64,000 nucleotides of DNA from IMG/VR virus record IMGVR_UViG_3300027631_000012. The stretch is one strand, 5' to 3'. The DNA comes from an uncultured virus (IMG/VR IMGVR_UViG_3300027631_000012) (taxonomy: Duplodnaviria; Heunggongvirae; Uroviricota; Caudoviricetes). Below are positions 1-9,543 of this stretch, piece after piece (the stretch's first letter is position 1; each line of letters begins with the position of its first letter). The notes under the pieces were generated by a model. The model was not told where the DNA came from, made no database searches, and worked only from the letters and a program-made list of their open reading frames with translations. The position numbers were made by a program, and so were the translations under genes.

Positions 1-1185
1 CCAAAAGTAGATACACCGGTTGTATCTCCTTTAGTTCCGACCACGGAAAGTAAATTAAGTGGGGAATTCACATTTAATGTCGAAAAGAAAGACACCTTTG
101 TTGTTGTTGGTAACCAAAACTTTGCTCTAAAGATAGGAGACTTAGTAATAGAAGGATTAACAACATCTGTTACTCCAGTAATAGAATCTCCAAAAACAAT
201 TGATTTAGGTGATGGAATTATCATTATTGATGATGGTGAAAGTGGGGAAGAGTTCGATCCTTATGTTGAAAATCCATATGAAGGAATGGAAGAAGATGAT
301 AAAATATCAATTCAACTTTCTGAGCAAAGAACTAACTGGGAGGAAGAATCAAAGAAAAATATGAATTCTAATGATGAAAATTCAACTTTAACAGGTGGTA
401 CTCCAATTAAAGATGCTAAATTGTCTGAAAAAATAGTTAAATTAATGAATTCTTGTATTGCGGCTGGTTATACAGTAAACCAGGCTGCTGGTATTATTGG
501 TAATGTGAAAGCAGAGTCTGCTTTAAAACATTGGAACGTAGAAAATGGAGCTTCTAATATTAGACCAGGTGGTATGGGAGAAAAGAGATGGGATTCTAGC
601 AATGCGAAAGGAACAAATTATAATGGTAAATCAAATTTCTCAGGAATAGGACTATGTCAATGGACATATGGTGGAAGATATCAAATGGAAAAATTTGTAG
701 GTAAATACTTAACCGATAAAGGAGTTCAAACATCCAATCTTAAAAATGGATTTTTTGATACCGACCCGAGCCAATTTTCTACTGATTATAATAAAGTATA
801 CGGAGGAGCGGGAGATGCTCTAGAAACACATTTACAATCGGTTCCTTATTTATTTGAAGCCGAGGTTCAATTCTTGGTCGAATATTGGTTAGTAACTGGT
901 AAACCATCTGTTGCTAAAAATCTTCTTAAAGGAACACTTTCTGGAAATACTAGCACAATTTGTAAGAATGGAATATTTGTTAATCAAACAGGTGGTAAGC
1001 CAGATAGGTTTACTGTCGCGGGAGCATGTGAGATATTCTTATGTGATGGTGAAGTACCTGGTCCGGTTGGATTGGCTGTTAATGGTAAGGGCAAAGATAA
1101 ATATAGAGAAACTGTTAAAGAAAGAGTTGCTTGTTCGATGGACGTTTTAGCCACATATAATAGCAACAAGGGTGCATTAGCGTAA
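1..1185 (+). CDS. Virion protein with C-terminal phage tail lysozyme-like domain (5'-truncated by window)
   Basis: Frame is open from base 1 into the tracked ORF at 286. Motifs AAGIIGNVKAES and GIGLCQWT are typical of Phage_lysozyme2-type domains. Lies next to baseplate genes. Confidence 0.7.
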   Translation, partial: PKVDTPVVSPLVPTTESKLSGEFTFNVEKKDTFVVVGNQNFALKIGDLVIEGLTTSVTPVIESPKTIDLGDGIIIIDDGESGEEFDPYVENPYEGMEEDDKISIQLSEQRTNWEEESKKNMNSNDENSTLTGGTPIKDAKLSEKIVKLMNSCIAAGYTVNQAAGIIGNVKAESALKHWNVENGASNIRPGGMGEKRWDSSNAKGTNYNGKSNFSGIGLCQWTYGGRYQMEKFVGKYLTDKGVQTSNLKNGFFDTDPSQFSTDYNKVYGGAGDALETHLQSVPYLFEAEVQFLVEYWLVTGKPSVAKNLLKGTLSGNTSTICKNGIFVNQTGGKPDRFTVAGACEIFLCDGEVPGPVGLAVNGKGKDKYRETVKERVACSMDVLATYNSNKGALA

Positions 1186-1208
1186 TAATTAAATTTTATA
1201 TATAGTTT

Positions 1209-3251
1209 ATGAGTTTATTCAAAAAAGATAATGACACAGATTCAGGTTCTAGAGGATCATCAGCTAAAAATACAATAGCTGGGGTATTTAACTCAATTAA
1301 GGGTATTAATAGAACTGATGGAGTTACTCCCATTTCCCTTATAGGAAGAGGTGGTAATAGAGAGAAGCCAGGATTTACTCCAAATGAGTCTTATAATACT
1401 TTATTCGACAATAATTGGTTTGGTCAATTACTAGATTCTCATCCAGATTATAGTGGTAAAAAGAAAAGTAACAAAGACTTATCAACCGAAGATAGATTTA
1501 ATTTATCAAAAGATTTTCCAAAGGTGGAAAATGAACCATATTCAACCAGAGATTGGCATTTGATATTTAACGACACGTCAATGGACTATTTTAAACATGG
1601 TTTACAAGTTATTGATGGTAAAAACTCTCAATTGAGATCTGAAAAGAATGCTAGAGAGACCTGGGATGGTTATGAATCAGGAGTTCCTTCTGCATTATCA
1701 CAGGTTTTAGGTGACACGGATGGTACAAAAGGAACACCTTATGAAAACACCGATCCTGTTATGTTTGGATTTGAAGTGATAGTAGACCTTATAAACTCTC
1801 CCCTATTAAATGGATCTGTTGAAGATTTTATAGCCAGTTTTCCATTTGTTAATGAAATCGCAACAAGAAGAAAAGTAATGAATGACTTTAGACAGCAATT
1901 TATAAAGATATTTAAAACAAAAGGTACTTTTAGAATTGGACCTGATGTACCGACAGCTTCAATTAAAACATCTAACTATGCTAATACGGATAATGGTTCA
2001 AAAATGTTTTCAAGTGGTAAACCAGCTTATATGTCTTACTATCTTAAAAAGATTCAAGGTTTGGAAAAACTAATAGAAGCAAACCTTCCAGATAAAAATA
2101 AGGCTTTAGTTGAATATAGAAAGGATACATTAAAACTAACTTTCACAGAAGATGTTTCTTTAGATATGGGAACATTGGCTTATTTATACAAACTTTTATA
2201 TTGGTCAAAACCAAGTGGTAAAAATATAGTTCCTGAAAATTTACTAAGATTTAATTGTGATATAGTTATATCAGAAATGAGACATTTTAATAGAGTTAGA
2301 AAGGGTATTACAAATGGTGACTTAGAAGTTGTTAAAGATAATTTAAGTAGATATGTTTATACATTAAATGAATGTCAATTTTGGTTTGACCAACCAGGAC
2401 ATGAGTCTGAGGTTGATTTATCAAATCCTAAAACATTTGATGATTTTGTTGTAACACTAGATTACAAATACGCAACAACAAAATTTGAAAGATGGACACC
2501 AGATGGTGCTGGATTTGGTAAATATGTTTCATATAATAATGCGGCTATGTGGAAAGTAGGTAATCCAGGAGCTAGAACTGTTATTGGAGCAAGTGCTTCA
2601 GTTGAAGGATTTTCAGATGAAAAGGATATTGCTGTTCCAAGATTTTATTCAAATAGAGGAGGTAATACTTTGAAACAAAATGGTGTTGGATCTGCAATAG
2701 TAATGGAAAGTTATAATCCATCTTTTACTATTAATGAAAGTGTAGAAAAGCCAGTAGTTGGTAGTGCCAGTAGTTCTAAAAAATCAGGTGATGAAACAGA
2801 AGAAGGTGATGCTATGGATGAGAAAAAGGCTTTGAGAAAGAAGAAAAGAAAAGAAGGATTTGATGCTTTTAAAGAAAGATCATCCAAGGCTGGTAAAGCA
2901 TTAGGTAGTAAATTAAAAACTACTTTACAAAACGAAGTAAAAGCTCAAGTTAATACTAGATTAAGATTATTAAATAACACATTAGATAAATTAAGAAACG
3001 AAGGTGGGCTTGGTAGAATGAGAGCTCCTACTAATGTTTATTCATCACATCCAGCACACGCTGGTATGGATCGTGAATCAAATCTTCCAAATTATATTGG
3101 AGGAGGTGTTATTGGTGGTGGAGCTATCGCTGCTGGTGTTTCCCCAACCGCTTTCTTTGATGTTCAAAACTCTTTAAGAGATTTTGCAGGAGACGCACTA
3201 GGTGGTAAAATAGGTGGTCTTATAAGAGGTGGTAACAATCCATTATTTTAA
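1209..3251 (+). CDS. Hypothetical protein, probably tail/baseplate structural
   Basis: 680 aa ORF between tail lysozyme and gp5-like gene, preceded by a TATATATA motif; function from context only. Confidence 0.45.
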   Translation: MSLFKKDNDTDSGSRGSSAKNTIAGVFNSIKGINRTDGVTPISLIGRGGNREKPGFTPNESYNTLFDNNWFGQLLDSHPDYSGKKKSNKDLSTEDRFNLSKDFPKVENEPYSTRDWHLIFNDTSMDYFKHGLQVIDGKNSQLRSEKNARETWDGYESGVPSALSQVLGDTDGTKGTPYENTDPVMFGFEVIVDLINSPLLNGSVEDFIASFPFVNEIATRRKVMNDFRQQFIKIFKTKGTFRIGPDVPTASIKTSNYANTDNGSKMFSSGKPAYMSYYLKKIQGLEKLIEANLPDKNKALVEYRKDTLKLTFTEDVSLDMGTLAYLYKLLYWSKPSGKNIVPENLLRFNCDIVISEMRHFNRVRKGITNGDLEVVKDNLSRYVYTLNECQFWFDQPGHESEVDLSNPKTFDDFVVTLDYKYATTKFERWTPDGAGFGKYVSYNNAAMWKVGNPGARTVIGASASVEGFSDEKDIAVPRFYSNRGGNTLKQNGVGSAIVMESYNPSFTINESVEKPVVGSASSSKKSGDETEEGDAMDEKKALRKKKRKEGFDAFKERSSKAGKALGSKLKTTLQNEVKAQVNTRLRLLNNTLDKLRNEGGLGRMRAPTNVYSSHPAHAGMDRESNLPNYIGGGVIGGGAIAAGVSPTAFFDVQNSLRDFAGDALGGKIGGLIRGGNNPLF

Positions 3252-3286
3252 TTATACCACAGAAGTATAATTTTTATATATAATTC

Positions 3287-5848
3287 ATGCAAGTAGAAAG
3301 TGGTAAAACTTATATTGGAGTAGTTGAAGATAACGAAGATCCTAAAAGACTTGGTAGAGTCAAGGCTAGAGTATTGGATGTATTTGATAATACTAAAATT
3401 GAAGATATACCTTGGGCCAACCCTTGGAAAGATCTTGCTGGTAATGATTTTGCTTTACCCGAAAAGGGAAAGGTCGTTATTGTTATATTTGAAAACGCTA
3501 ACTTAAATAGTCCAGAGTTTATATACTCAGACCACTACAATGTAAATTTAGAGAAAAAACTTACACAAGTAAGTAAAGAGGATTATGTCTCTATGAAGTC
3601 TCTAATATTTGATCACAAAACACAAGTTTATGTAAATGATAGTGAAGGTCTTAAATTAGACCACAAGTTTAATAATATTAATATTAAAGAAAAAACTATT
3701 GATATTAACCTAAAAGATAATTTTGGTAAAATTAATTTAGGAACCGCTAATTCAACACAAAGAACAATTTTAGGTGATAACTTTTTGAACTGGTTTGATG
3801 ACTTTGTTCAGATTCTAATGGGTTCTAAAGGCGGGCCTTTTTTAGGTAATCTAGGAGCTCCTGTTGTTGCAACACCAGCTTTACTTGGTAGTTTACAACT
3901 ATATCAACAATTAAAGGATCCTAAATTTCTATCTAAAAATGTTTACGCCGTTGATAACGAAAATGTTGCTAAATTAGAAAGAATCGCAGAAGGACAGAAA
4001 GGTGATGTTTGGCAATCAACTGTAAAGCCAAATGAGGTTACATCTAAAGAACCTGTTCCCTTCACACCAACTGCTGGATCAACTGATACAACATTTGATC
4101 AAAAGCCAATGGATACCCCGGCTCCTGTCGTAGGATCACAGTCTACCGCGCCTGGATCATCACAATCTGTAGCTCCTGCAAAAGCAGAAGAACCAAAACC
4201 AATACCGGTTGAGAATCCAGATGTAAAAATAATTATTGAATTATTAAATATTAAAAAATATGTTCTTTATACAGAAGTTAATAAGTTAAATATTGTTGCT
4301 ATAAGAACTCAATGTCTAACAACTGGTGATAAATATAGTGATCAATTTGTCGATAAACTATATGTTATGTTTAAAAAAGAAGATGGTACTTGGGAATTAA
4401 AACAATATATGTTCTCAACTGTACCAGGTCTTGAATTTACGATTACAGACTCTTGGTTGAGTGATAAGAATTTCACTAAACAAAATCCTTGGATAGGATC
4501 ATCAGGTAAGAAAATATCAATGAAAGAGTATGTTAAAACAGCTGGTCAAATAAATGGTGATCCTGTTTTGAAAAATGGATTACCTATATTAGTTCCTTCT
4601 CAATATATTGATGTTTATTATGTTTCAGATTATAAGGGAGCATTGGCAATGAAAACTGTTAAAGGCGCAAAACAACTGATTTGGAGAGATATTGATTCCG
4701 ATAATTTTGACACATTCAATCCATCTAATTTAACATCACCTGAAGAAATCATACCAAATGAATTTATTGATAATGGTATTAAAATACATCTAGGTTATCC
4801 AGGTGGTCAAAAAGTTGGAAACTGGTCAGAAGGATCTCAAGTTTTTTCTAATGCTGAAAACTTAAATGAGTTTTTTGGATATTGTGATAAACATAAAAAG
4901 TTATATGATAATAAATTTACATATACTTTGGCAACTAAAAATGATTGGGATGAGGCTACAAAAAGTGTATCAGCTGATAAACCAGCTAACGTTTTAGGAT
5001 CAAGTGGAACATCAGGATCTTCAGGAACAAGTGGATCTTCTGGATCAAGTGGGGTATCAGGATCTTCAGGAACAAGTGGATCTTCAGGAACAAGTGGATC
5101 TTCAGCTAATTTGGCTATACTTGATAATAAATCAGGAGACATTGATGTGGTAGGTGATGGAAGTTTAATAGTTGAGTCTATAATTCAAGATGTTATATTA
5201 ACTGGATCTATAACAACCGATGATATCAGTAGATTAAACTCAGAATCTATCAAGTTTAGTATTAAATCACAATCTGTTCCTGGTGAGTGGTCTATGACTA
5301 GCGCTTCTATTTCTTATAGTAATTCAAATGATGTTGAACACGGAATGTCAGTTCCAATATCTTCAAATGTATTTATACTTGATATTAAAAAGAGTATTGA
5401 AGAACAACCAAATAAAGATAAAGTAATAGGTGATTATAAATTAAAAATAGATTTAACTTTTGTTAAAAAGTCTAATAATTCTGAAAAAATTATTAATAAA
5501 TTTATTCAATTTAAAATTACAAAAGGATCTTCAAGTACAAGTGAGACAAAAACTGAAGATAAGGCATCAAATGAATACATAATAGCTATATTAAATCCAA
5601 CAACTCCGAATAGTAAAAATGTTACTGGTAAAATAACTATAAGTAAGAAAGGACCTGAACATTCAGCAACTGGTGTTATGTCTGGATTCCCAGATGGTAG
5701 TTCACTTGGTCCTATTTCAGGTCAATCTTCACTTGGTGGAAGTGAAGTGGTTAATTCATTAGTAAGTGAGATGTTGATAATTTTAGAAAATGCTATCATA
5801 TCAAAATATCAAGTTCAAGTTAAATTAGTAGTAATTGATAAAAAATAA
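3287..5848 (+). CDS. Baseplate hub/spike protein (T4 gp5/VgrG-like OB-fold) with internal L,D-transpeptidase-like domain
   Basis: N-terminal YIGVVEDNEDPKRLGRVKARV...IPWA is the gp5 OB-fold signature; middle region aligns by eye with ORF 28729-29325; short GSS/GTS repeat. Confidence 0.7.
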   Translation: MQVESGKTYIGVVEDNEDPKRLGRVKARVLDVFDNTKIEDIPWANPWKDLAGNDFALPEKGKVVIVIFENANLNSPEFIYSDHYNVNLEKKLTQVSKEDYVSMKSLIFDHKTQVYVNDSEGLKLDHKFNNINIKEKTIDINLKDNFGKINLGTANSTQRTILGDNFLNWFDDFVQILMGSKGGPFLGNLGAPVVATPALLGSLQLYQQLKDPKFLSKNVYAVDNENVAKLERIAEGQKGDVWQSTVKPNEVTSKEPVPFTPTAGSTDTTFDQKPMDTPAPVVGSQSTAPGSSQSVAPAKAEEPKPIPVENPDVKIIIELLNIKKYVLYTEVNKLNIVAIRTQCLTTGDKYSDQFVDKLYVMFKKEDGTWELKQYMFSTVPGLEFTITDSWLSDKNFTKQNPWIGSSGKKISMKEYVKTAGQINGDPVLKNGLPILVPSQYIDVYYVSDYKGALAMKTVKGAKQLIWRDIDSDNFDTFNPSNLTSPEEIIPNEFIDNGIKIHLGYPGGQKVGNWSEGSQVFSNAENLNEFFGYCDKHKKLYDNKFTYTLATKNDWDEATKSVSADKPANVLGSSGTSGSSGTSGSSGSSGVSGSSGTSGSSGTSGSSANLAILDNKSGDIDVVGDGSLIVESIIQDVILTGSITTDDISRLNSESIKFSIKSQSVPGEWSMTSASISYSNSNDVEHGMSVPISSNVFILDIKKSIEEQPNKDKVIGDYKLKIDLTFVKKSNNSEKIINKFIQFKITKGSSSTSETKTEDKASNEYIIAILNPTTPNSKNVTGKITISKKGPEHSATGVMSGFPDGSSLGPISGQSSLGGSEVVNSLVSEMLIILENAIISKYQVQVKLVVIDKK
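4997..5105 (+). repeat. Short Gly-Ser-Ser/Gly-Thr-Ser triplet repeat in hub protein
   Basis: GSSGTSGSSGTSGSSGSSGVSGSSGTS..., same unit as the giant repeats downstream. Confidence 0.9.
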
Positions 5849-5857
5849 TCTTGTATT

Positions 5858-5866
5858 TAATATATA
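5858..5866 (+). promoter_or_regulatory. TAATATATA putative phage late promoter (representative copy)
   Basis: 4 nt before ATG 5871; the same 9-mer precedes many genes on the coding strand. Confidence 0.55.
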
Positions 5867-5870
5867 GATT

Positions 5871-6560
5871 ATGAAACATCTTAAAAACTTTTCACTATTT
5901 GAGTCTAAAGAAGAACCTTCAGAAAAAGTCATTGAAATGATTGATTTCTTTGATAAAGAATATGGCGTTGAAATAGATGATAATTTTGACATTAACCATT
6001 TAAAATTAATTAAGAAAGCATTTAAGATGTTTGATAAGTCATTTATCAAAAATAAAATAGATAAAATAATCTGTAAAGATTTAGGTGGTGTTCATGGTAG
6101 ATGGCATGATTCATCTAAGAAAAAACAGATGACTCTAAATCCTTCTATATTTAAATTCAAAAGAGATTTTGAAAATGGCGCAAATGATATACCATATGAT
6201 TTATTTGTAGTTGTTCATGAGATAGGACATTGTATAGATCATTTAGAAAAGGTATCATACTCAAGAGAGTGGAAAGCAATATCTGGCTGGAAGAAATTAG
6301 ATAGAAGAGCAAATGTTCCAGGTGGTTATGTTAGATATGAAGAGAAGAGAAAGGGTAGAGAAATAGCTGGTCATAAATTATCTAACTGGATTTATAAAGA
6401 AGATGCTGATTTTTGTAGAAAATACACATCAAGAAATCCAAGAGAAGATTTTGCTGATTCATTTGCTTTTGGGGCGTTTGGTATTTGGAATAAATTCAAA
6501 GGTGAAGGTGGTCAGAAGAAAATGGAGATTATTAAGAAAATTCTAAAGAAAGTAGATTAA
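5871..6560 (+). CDS. Zincin-like metallopeptidase with capsid-targeting-like leader
   Basis: VVVHEIGH (HExxH) plus downstream NPREDFADSF; N-terminus MKHLKNFSLFES. Confidence 0.65.
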   Translation: MKHLKNFSLFESKEEPSEKVIEMIDFFDKEYGVEIDDNFDINHLKLIKKAFKMFDKSFIKNKIDKIICKDLGGVHGRWHDSSKKKQMTLNPSIFKFKRDFENGANDIPYDLFVVVHEIGHCIDHLEKVSYSREWKAISGWKKLDRRANVPGGYVRYEEKRKGREIAGHKLSNWIYKEDADFCRKYTSRNPREDFADSFAFGAFGIWNKFKGEGGQKKMEIIKKILKKVD

Positions 6561-7207
6561 TCTAAATCCAAGGCTTGAACAGTTTTACTGTTATAAACAT
6601 AGATTATAACATTAGATATCTTCTCACCTTCTAATAAATCTAATAAATCATCAATATCTGTTGAAGTCTTTTTTAGTGATATAGTTTCTGTTTCTCTCAC
6701 TCCTTTAGATTTTGTTACTTTCATAGTAAAGTCAGCATCTAACATTTTTAACTTACCTTGAACATCTAATAAATCCTCAACTATTTCTTCGTTTGCATTG
6801 TATTTAATACTAACTATATCAATAACAAAAGCACCAAAGTCAAAATTACCAGAATCTTCAACATCATCTGTTCTATCTAGTAAAGGTTGAATACAATCCA
6901 TTATATCTCTATAATCAACATTTATATTAAATGCTTGTAAAAATGATTCTTGAGAACCATCGTGTATTTCATATTGAAAATAATCCTTATAATCTTCTTC
7001 TACTTGGTCAATAAATTGATCAAGAAGTCCTTTTGTTTTACTTGTAAAAACAGCACTTCCGGGACCTTGTACTTTTGATTGAAGATTATTTTCAATATGT
7101 TCTATTAAAGGTTTGAATACTTCTTCCCAATCAACAGGATTTGTAAGAGGACCCATTTCACGAGTCTCGTCTTTAGATTCTAATATAAGTTTAGAGAATT
7201 TTTTCAT
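6557..7207 (-). CDS. Hypothetical acidic protein with leader MKKFSKLILES
   Basis: 216 aa ORF; TAATATATA on minus strand at 7213-7221. Confidence 0.6.
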   Translation of the reverse strand: MKKFSKLILESKDETREMGPLTNPVDWEEVFKPLIEHIENNLQSKVQGPGSAVFTSKTKGLLDQFIDQVEEDYKDYFQYEIHDGSQESFLQAFNINVDYRDIMDCIQPLLDRTDDVEDSGNFDFGAFVIDIVSIKYNANEEIVEDLLDVQGKLKMLDADFTMKVTKSKGVRETETISLKKTSTDIDDLLDLLEGEKISNVIIYVYNSKTVQALDLD

Positions 7208-7232
7208 CTCATTATATATTAAGATTCAAAAG

Positions 7233-7664
7233 TTATTCTTCGTTTAGGATTTGATTTATTATTTGTTCTCTTTTGATTAATGGATCTTCTACAAATATAC
7301 CTCTAATCATATAAGATTGATTTTGAGTAATACCAGGAGCGTTTGAGATAACACCAGGAGTTAACAAAATGTTATAAAGTATATAGAATTCTTCAGGGTG
7401 ACCATCCATTAAATATTTAAAGTCTTCAATTGTATCACATTTATATGGTTGGCAAGTCCAATTTCTTCCGTTGAATTCAAATGATGGAGACTCTGATATA
7501 AAATAAATTCTATCCTCTATTGATTCAATTATTTGAATTAAAGTGGATGGTTCTATTATTGGCTGAGTTGGTGAAAATGTCATAGAATTTCCCATTTTCT
7601 TATTAACTTCCATGTAAATTTCTTTAACTCTTTCTTCTTTACTTAATTGTGAAACTTGTATCAT
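7233..7664 (-). CDS. Hypothetical protein with C-terminal KREQIINQIL motif
   Basis: ORF track starts at 7721; ATG at 7664 preferred because it minimises overlap with the upstream gene. Confidence 0.55.
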   Translation of the reverse strand: MIQVSQLSKEERVKEIYMEVNKKMGNSMTFSPTQPIIEPSTLIQIIESIEDRIYFISESPSFEFNGRNWTCQPYKCDTIEDFKYLMDGHPEEFYILYNILLTPGVISNAPGITQNQSYMIRGIFVEDPLIKREQIINQILNEE

Positions 7665-8445
7665 ATTTATTATCCATATATTTTTTAATTCTACTCCATC
7701 TCTCCTTATTAGACAGACCAAGAAAACTATTATCTAAATCACAATTTCTTGTTTCCCACATATGTATTGCGATATCATTTGAATTCTCTGATATTCTTGG
7801 ATTTGTTGAGTTGTAATATTCATCTAGATGTGGGTAAAGATATCCAAACTTACATCCAATCTCTTTCATGTACCATAGAAAAAAGTAGTATGGTTCTTTA
7901 CCGTCCATAAAGCTAAAACCACTATTTATTTTATGTGGATATATAAAAGTGTCCTTATAGTCTTGTTTGAATTTTACTCCTGAATTATTAGTCCAGTAAT
8001 ATAGTAATCCACCATTAGTCAATTGAGTATTCAACTTGAATCTAAATGATTTCATATCTATTTGTATTTTGTTTATATCCGAAACTCTACCTATCATTAG
8101 AAATGGATTTATAGCGATTGGATGAGCATTTCTTTGTTTGTAGTAACCATCTGAACAACCCATTAGATTTATATCTTCACTATCCATCTTACTAATAGCA
8201 TTAATAAGTTCTTCTTTACTAGTTATAAAACAATCTTCATCAATATGAACATACCATTTATATTGACTTCCTTTTACATGGTCTATCCAATAAAACCAAG
8301 AATTTGGCCAATCTGATACTTTTCTACCATCAACTATGATATGTGTAGATTCTGGAAATAATTTTTTTATTATATTCTTTTGATAATCTAACCATTTAGT
8401 ATATAATGCCGTTGTTACAAATACTATTTCACTATCAGATATCAT
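7639..8445 (-). CDS. Putative glycosyltransferase (GT-A-like)
   Basis: IVFVTT start, HIIVDG, YVHIDEDCF (DxD motif), late IAIHMW His motif. Confidence 0.5.
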   Translation of the reverse strand: MISDSEIVFVTTALYTKWLDYQKNIIKKLFPESTHIIVDGRKVSDWPNSWFYWIDHVKGSQYKWYVHIDEDCFITSKEELINAISKMDSEDINLMGCSDGYYKQRNAHPIAINPFLMIGRVSDINKIQIDMKSFRFKLNTQLTNGGLLYYWTNNSGVKFKQDYKDTFIYPHKINSGFSFMDGKEPYYFFLWYMKEIGCKFGYLYPHLDEYYNSTNPRISENSNDIAIHMWETRNCDLDNSFLGLSNKERWSRIKKYMDNKYDTSFTIK

Positions 8446-8449
8446 TTAA

Positions 8450-9103
8450 CTATTTTCTTTTTGTTACGATCTCATCAATCATTCCATACTTCTTAGCTTC
8501 GATAGCAGTCATCCAATAATCTCTATCACCATCTTTACTAACTCTGTCATAGTTTTGACCAGTCATGTCTGATATTATCTCATAAAGTTCTTTCTTTATT
8601 GAGTTCATTTCTTTAGCTTCAATTTCCATATCAGAAGCTTGTTGAACATATCCACCATAACTCATTGGTTGGTGAATCATTGTTCTACTTCTTTTAAGAG
8701 CCTTTCTTTTACCTTTAGTACCAGAACATAGTATAACAGCTCCCATTGAAGCAGCGAGTCCCGTATTGATTGTAATTATGTCTGGTTTAACAAAGTCCAT
8801 AACATCTAATAGACCTAATCCAGAATAAACTGATCCACCTGGACTATCTATATAGATTTTAATATCATCATCTGACTCACTTTCTAAGTAAAGAAGTTGA
8901 GCTTTTATTATATTACAAACATCTGAGTCTATTTCAGTTGAAAGGAATATTATTCTATCATCTAGTAATTTAGAGAACACATCAACCGGCATTCCATTGT
9001 CTTCTAATAAATGTGTTGCGAAGTTTCTTTTTTGTATTTTTCTGAAGTAATCATCTAATGTTGACCCATTCACACTCTGTATTGCGTATTTTCTAAAATT
9101 CAT
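8450..9103 (-). CDS. clpP: ATP-dependent Clp protease proteolytic subunit
   Basis: DVFSKLLDDRIIFL, YIDSPGGSV, GLAASMGA (catalytic Ser), MIHQP (His), DRDYWMTAIEAKKYGMID. Confidence 0.95.
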   Translation of the reverse strand: MNFRKYAIQSVNGSTLDDYFRKIQKRNFATHLLEDNGMPVDVFSKLLDDRIIFLSTEIDSDVCNIIKAQLLYLESESDDDIKIYIDSPGGSVYSGLGLLDVMDFVKPDIITINTGLAASMGAVILCSGTKGKRKALKRSRTMIHQPMSYGGYVQQASDMEIEAKEMNSIKKELYEIISDMTGQNYDRVSKDGDRDYWMTAIEAKKYGMIDEIVTKRK

Positions 9104-9216
9104 TATTTTCTTTTACTTTTTACTTTTTATGATATAAACAAAGAAAAGTTTACTTATTGGTAAAAGCAAAAAACGGGATTACATAATTAATATATACAGA
9201 AAAATAAAAAAGAATT

Positions 9217-9537
9217 ATGATAACTAAAGTTGAAATAAATGGATATGAGATCACTATCGAAGAAAACGAAGGTCTTATTACCGTAAAAGCTGAAAAAGAT
9301 GAAGAGATCATCGAAGAGTTTTCTATCGAAACTGAAGAAGCTCAAGAAGGTGAAGAATCTGAAGAAGGTGAAGGTATCAAATCATTTGATGATTTTGGTG
9401 GTGAAGAAGAAGATTTCGGATCTCAAGAAGAGTCTCAAGATGATGAAGAGTCTCAAGATGATGAAGAGTCTCAAGATGATGAAGAGTCTGAAAACAAATT
9501 AGAATCTTTTCAAGCTTTCATTAATAAAAAGAAATAA
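9217..9537 (+). CDS. Highly acidic protein, possible head core/scaffold-type
   Basis: Glu/Asp-rich 106 aa; IKSFDDF and LESFQAF motifs; TAATATATA at 9188-9196. Confidence 0.55.
   Translation: MITKVEINGYEITIEENEGLITVKAEKDEEIIEEFSIETEEAQEGEESEEGEGIKSFDDFGGEEEDFGSQEESQDDEESQDDEESQDDEESENKLESFQAFINKKK
9427..9489 (+). repeat. 18-nt tandem repeat x3.5 (GAAGAGTCTCAAGATGAT, EESQDD)
   Basis: Exact copies at 9427, 9445, 9463 and a partial copy at 9481. Confidence 0.9.
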
Positions 9538-9543
9538 TTAAAA

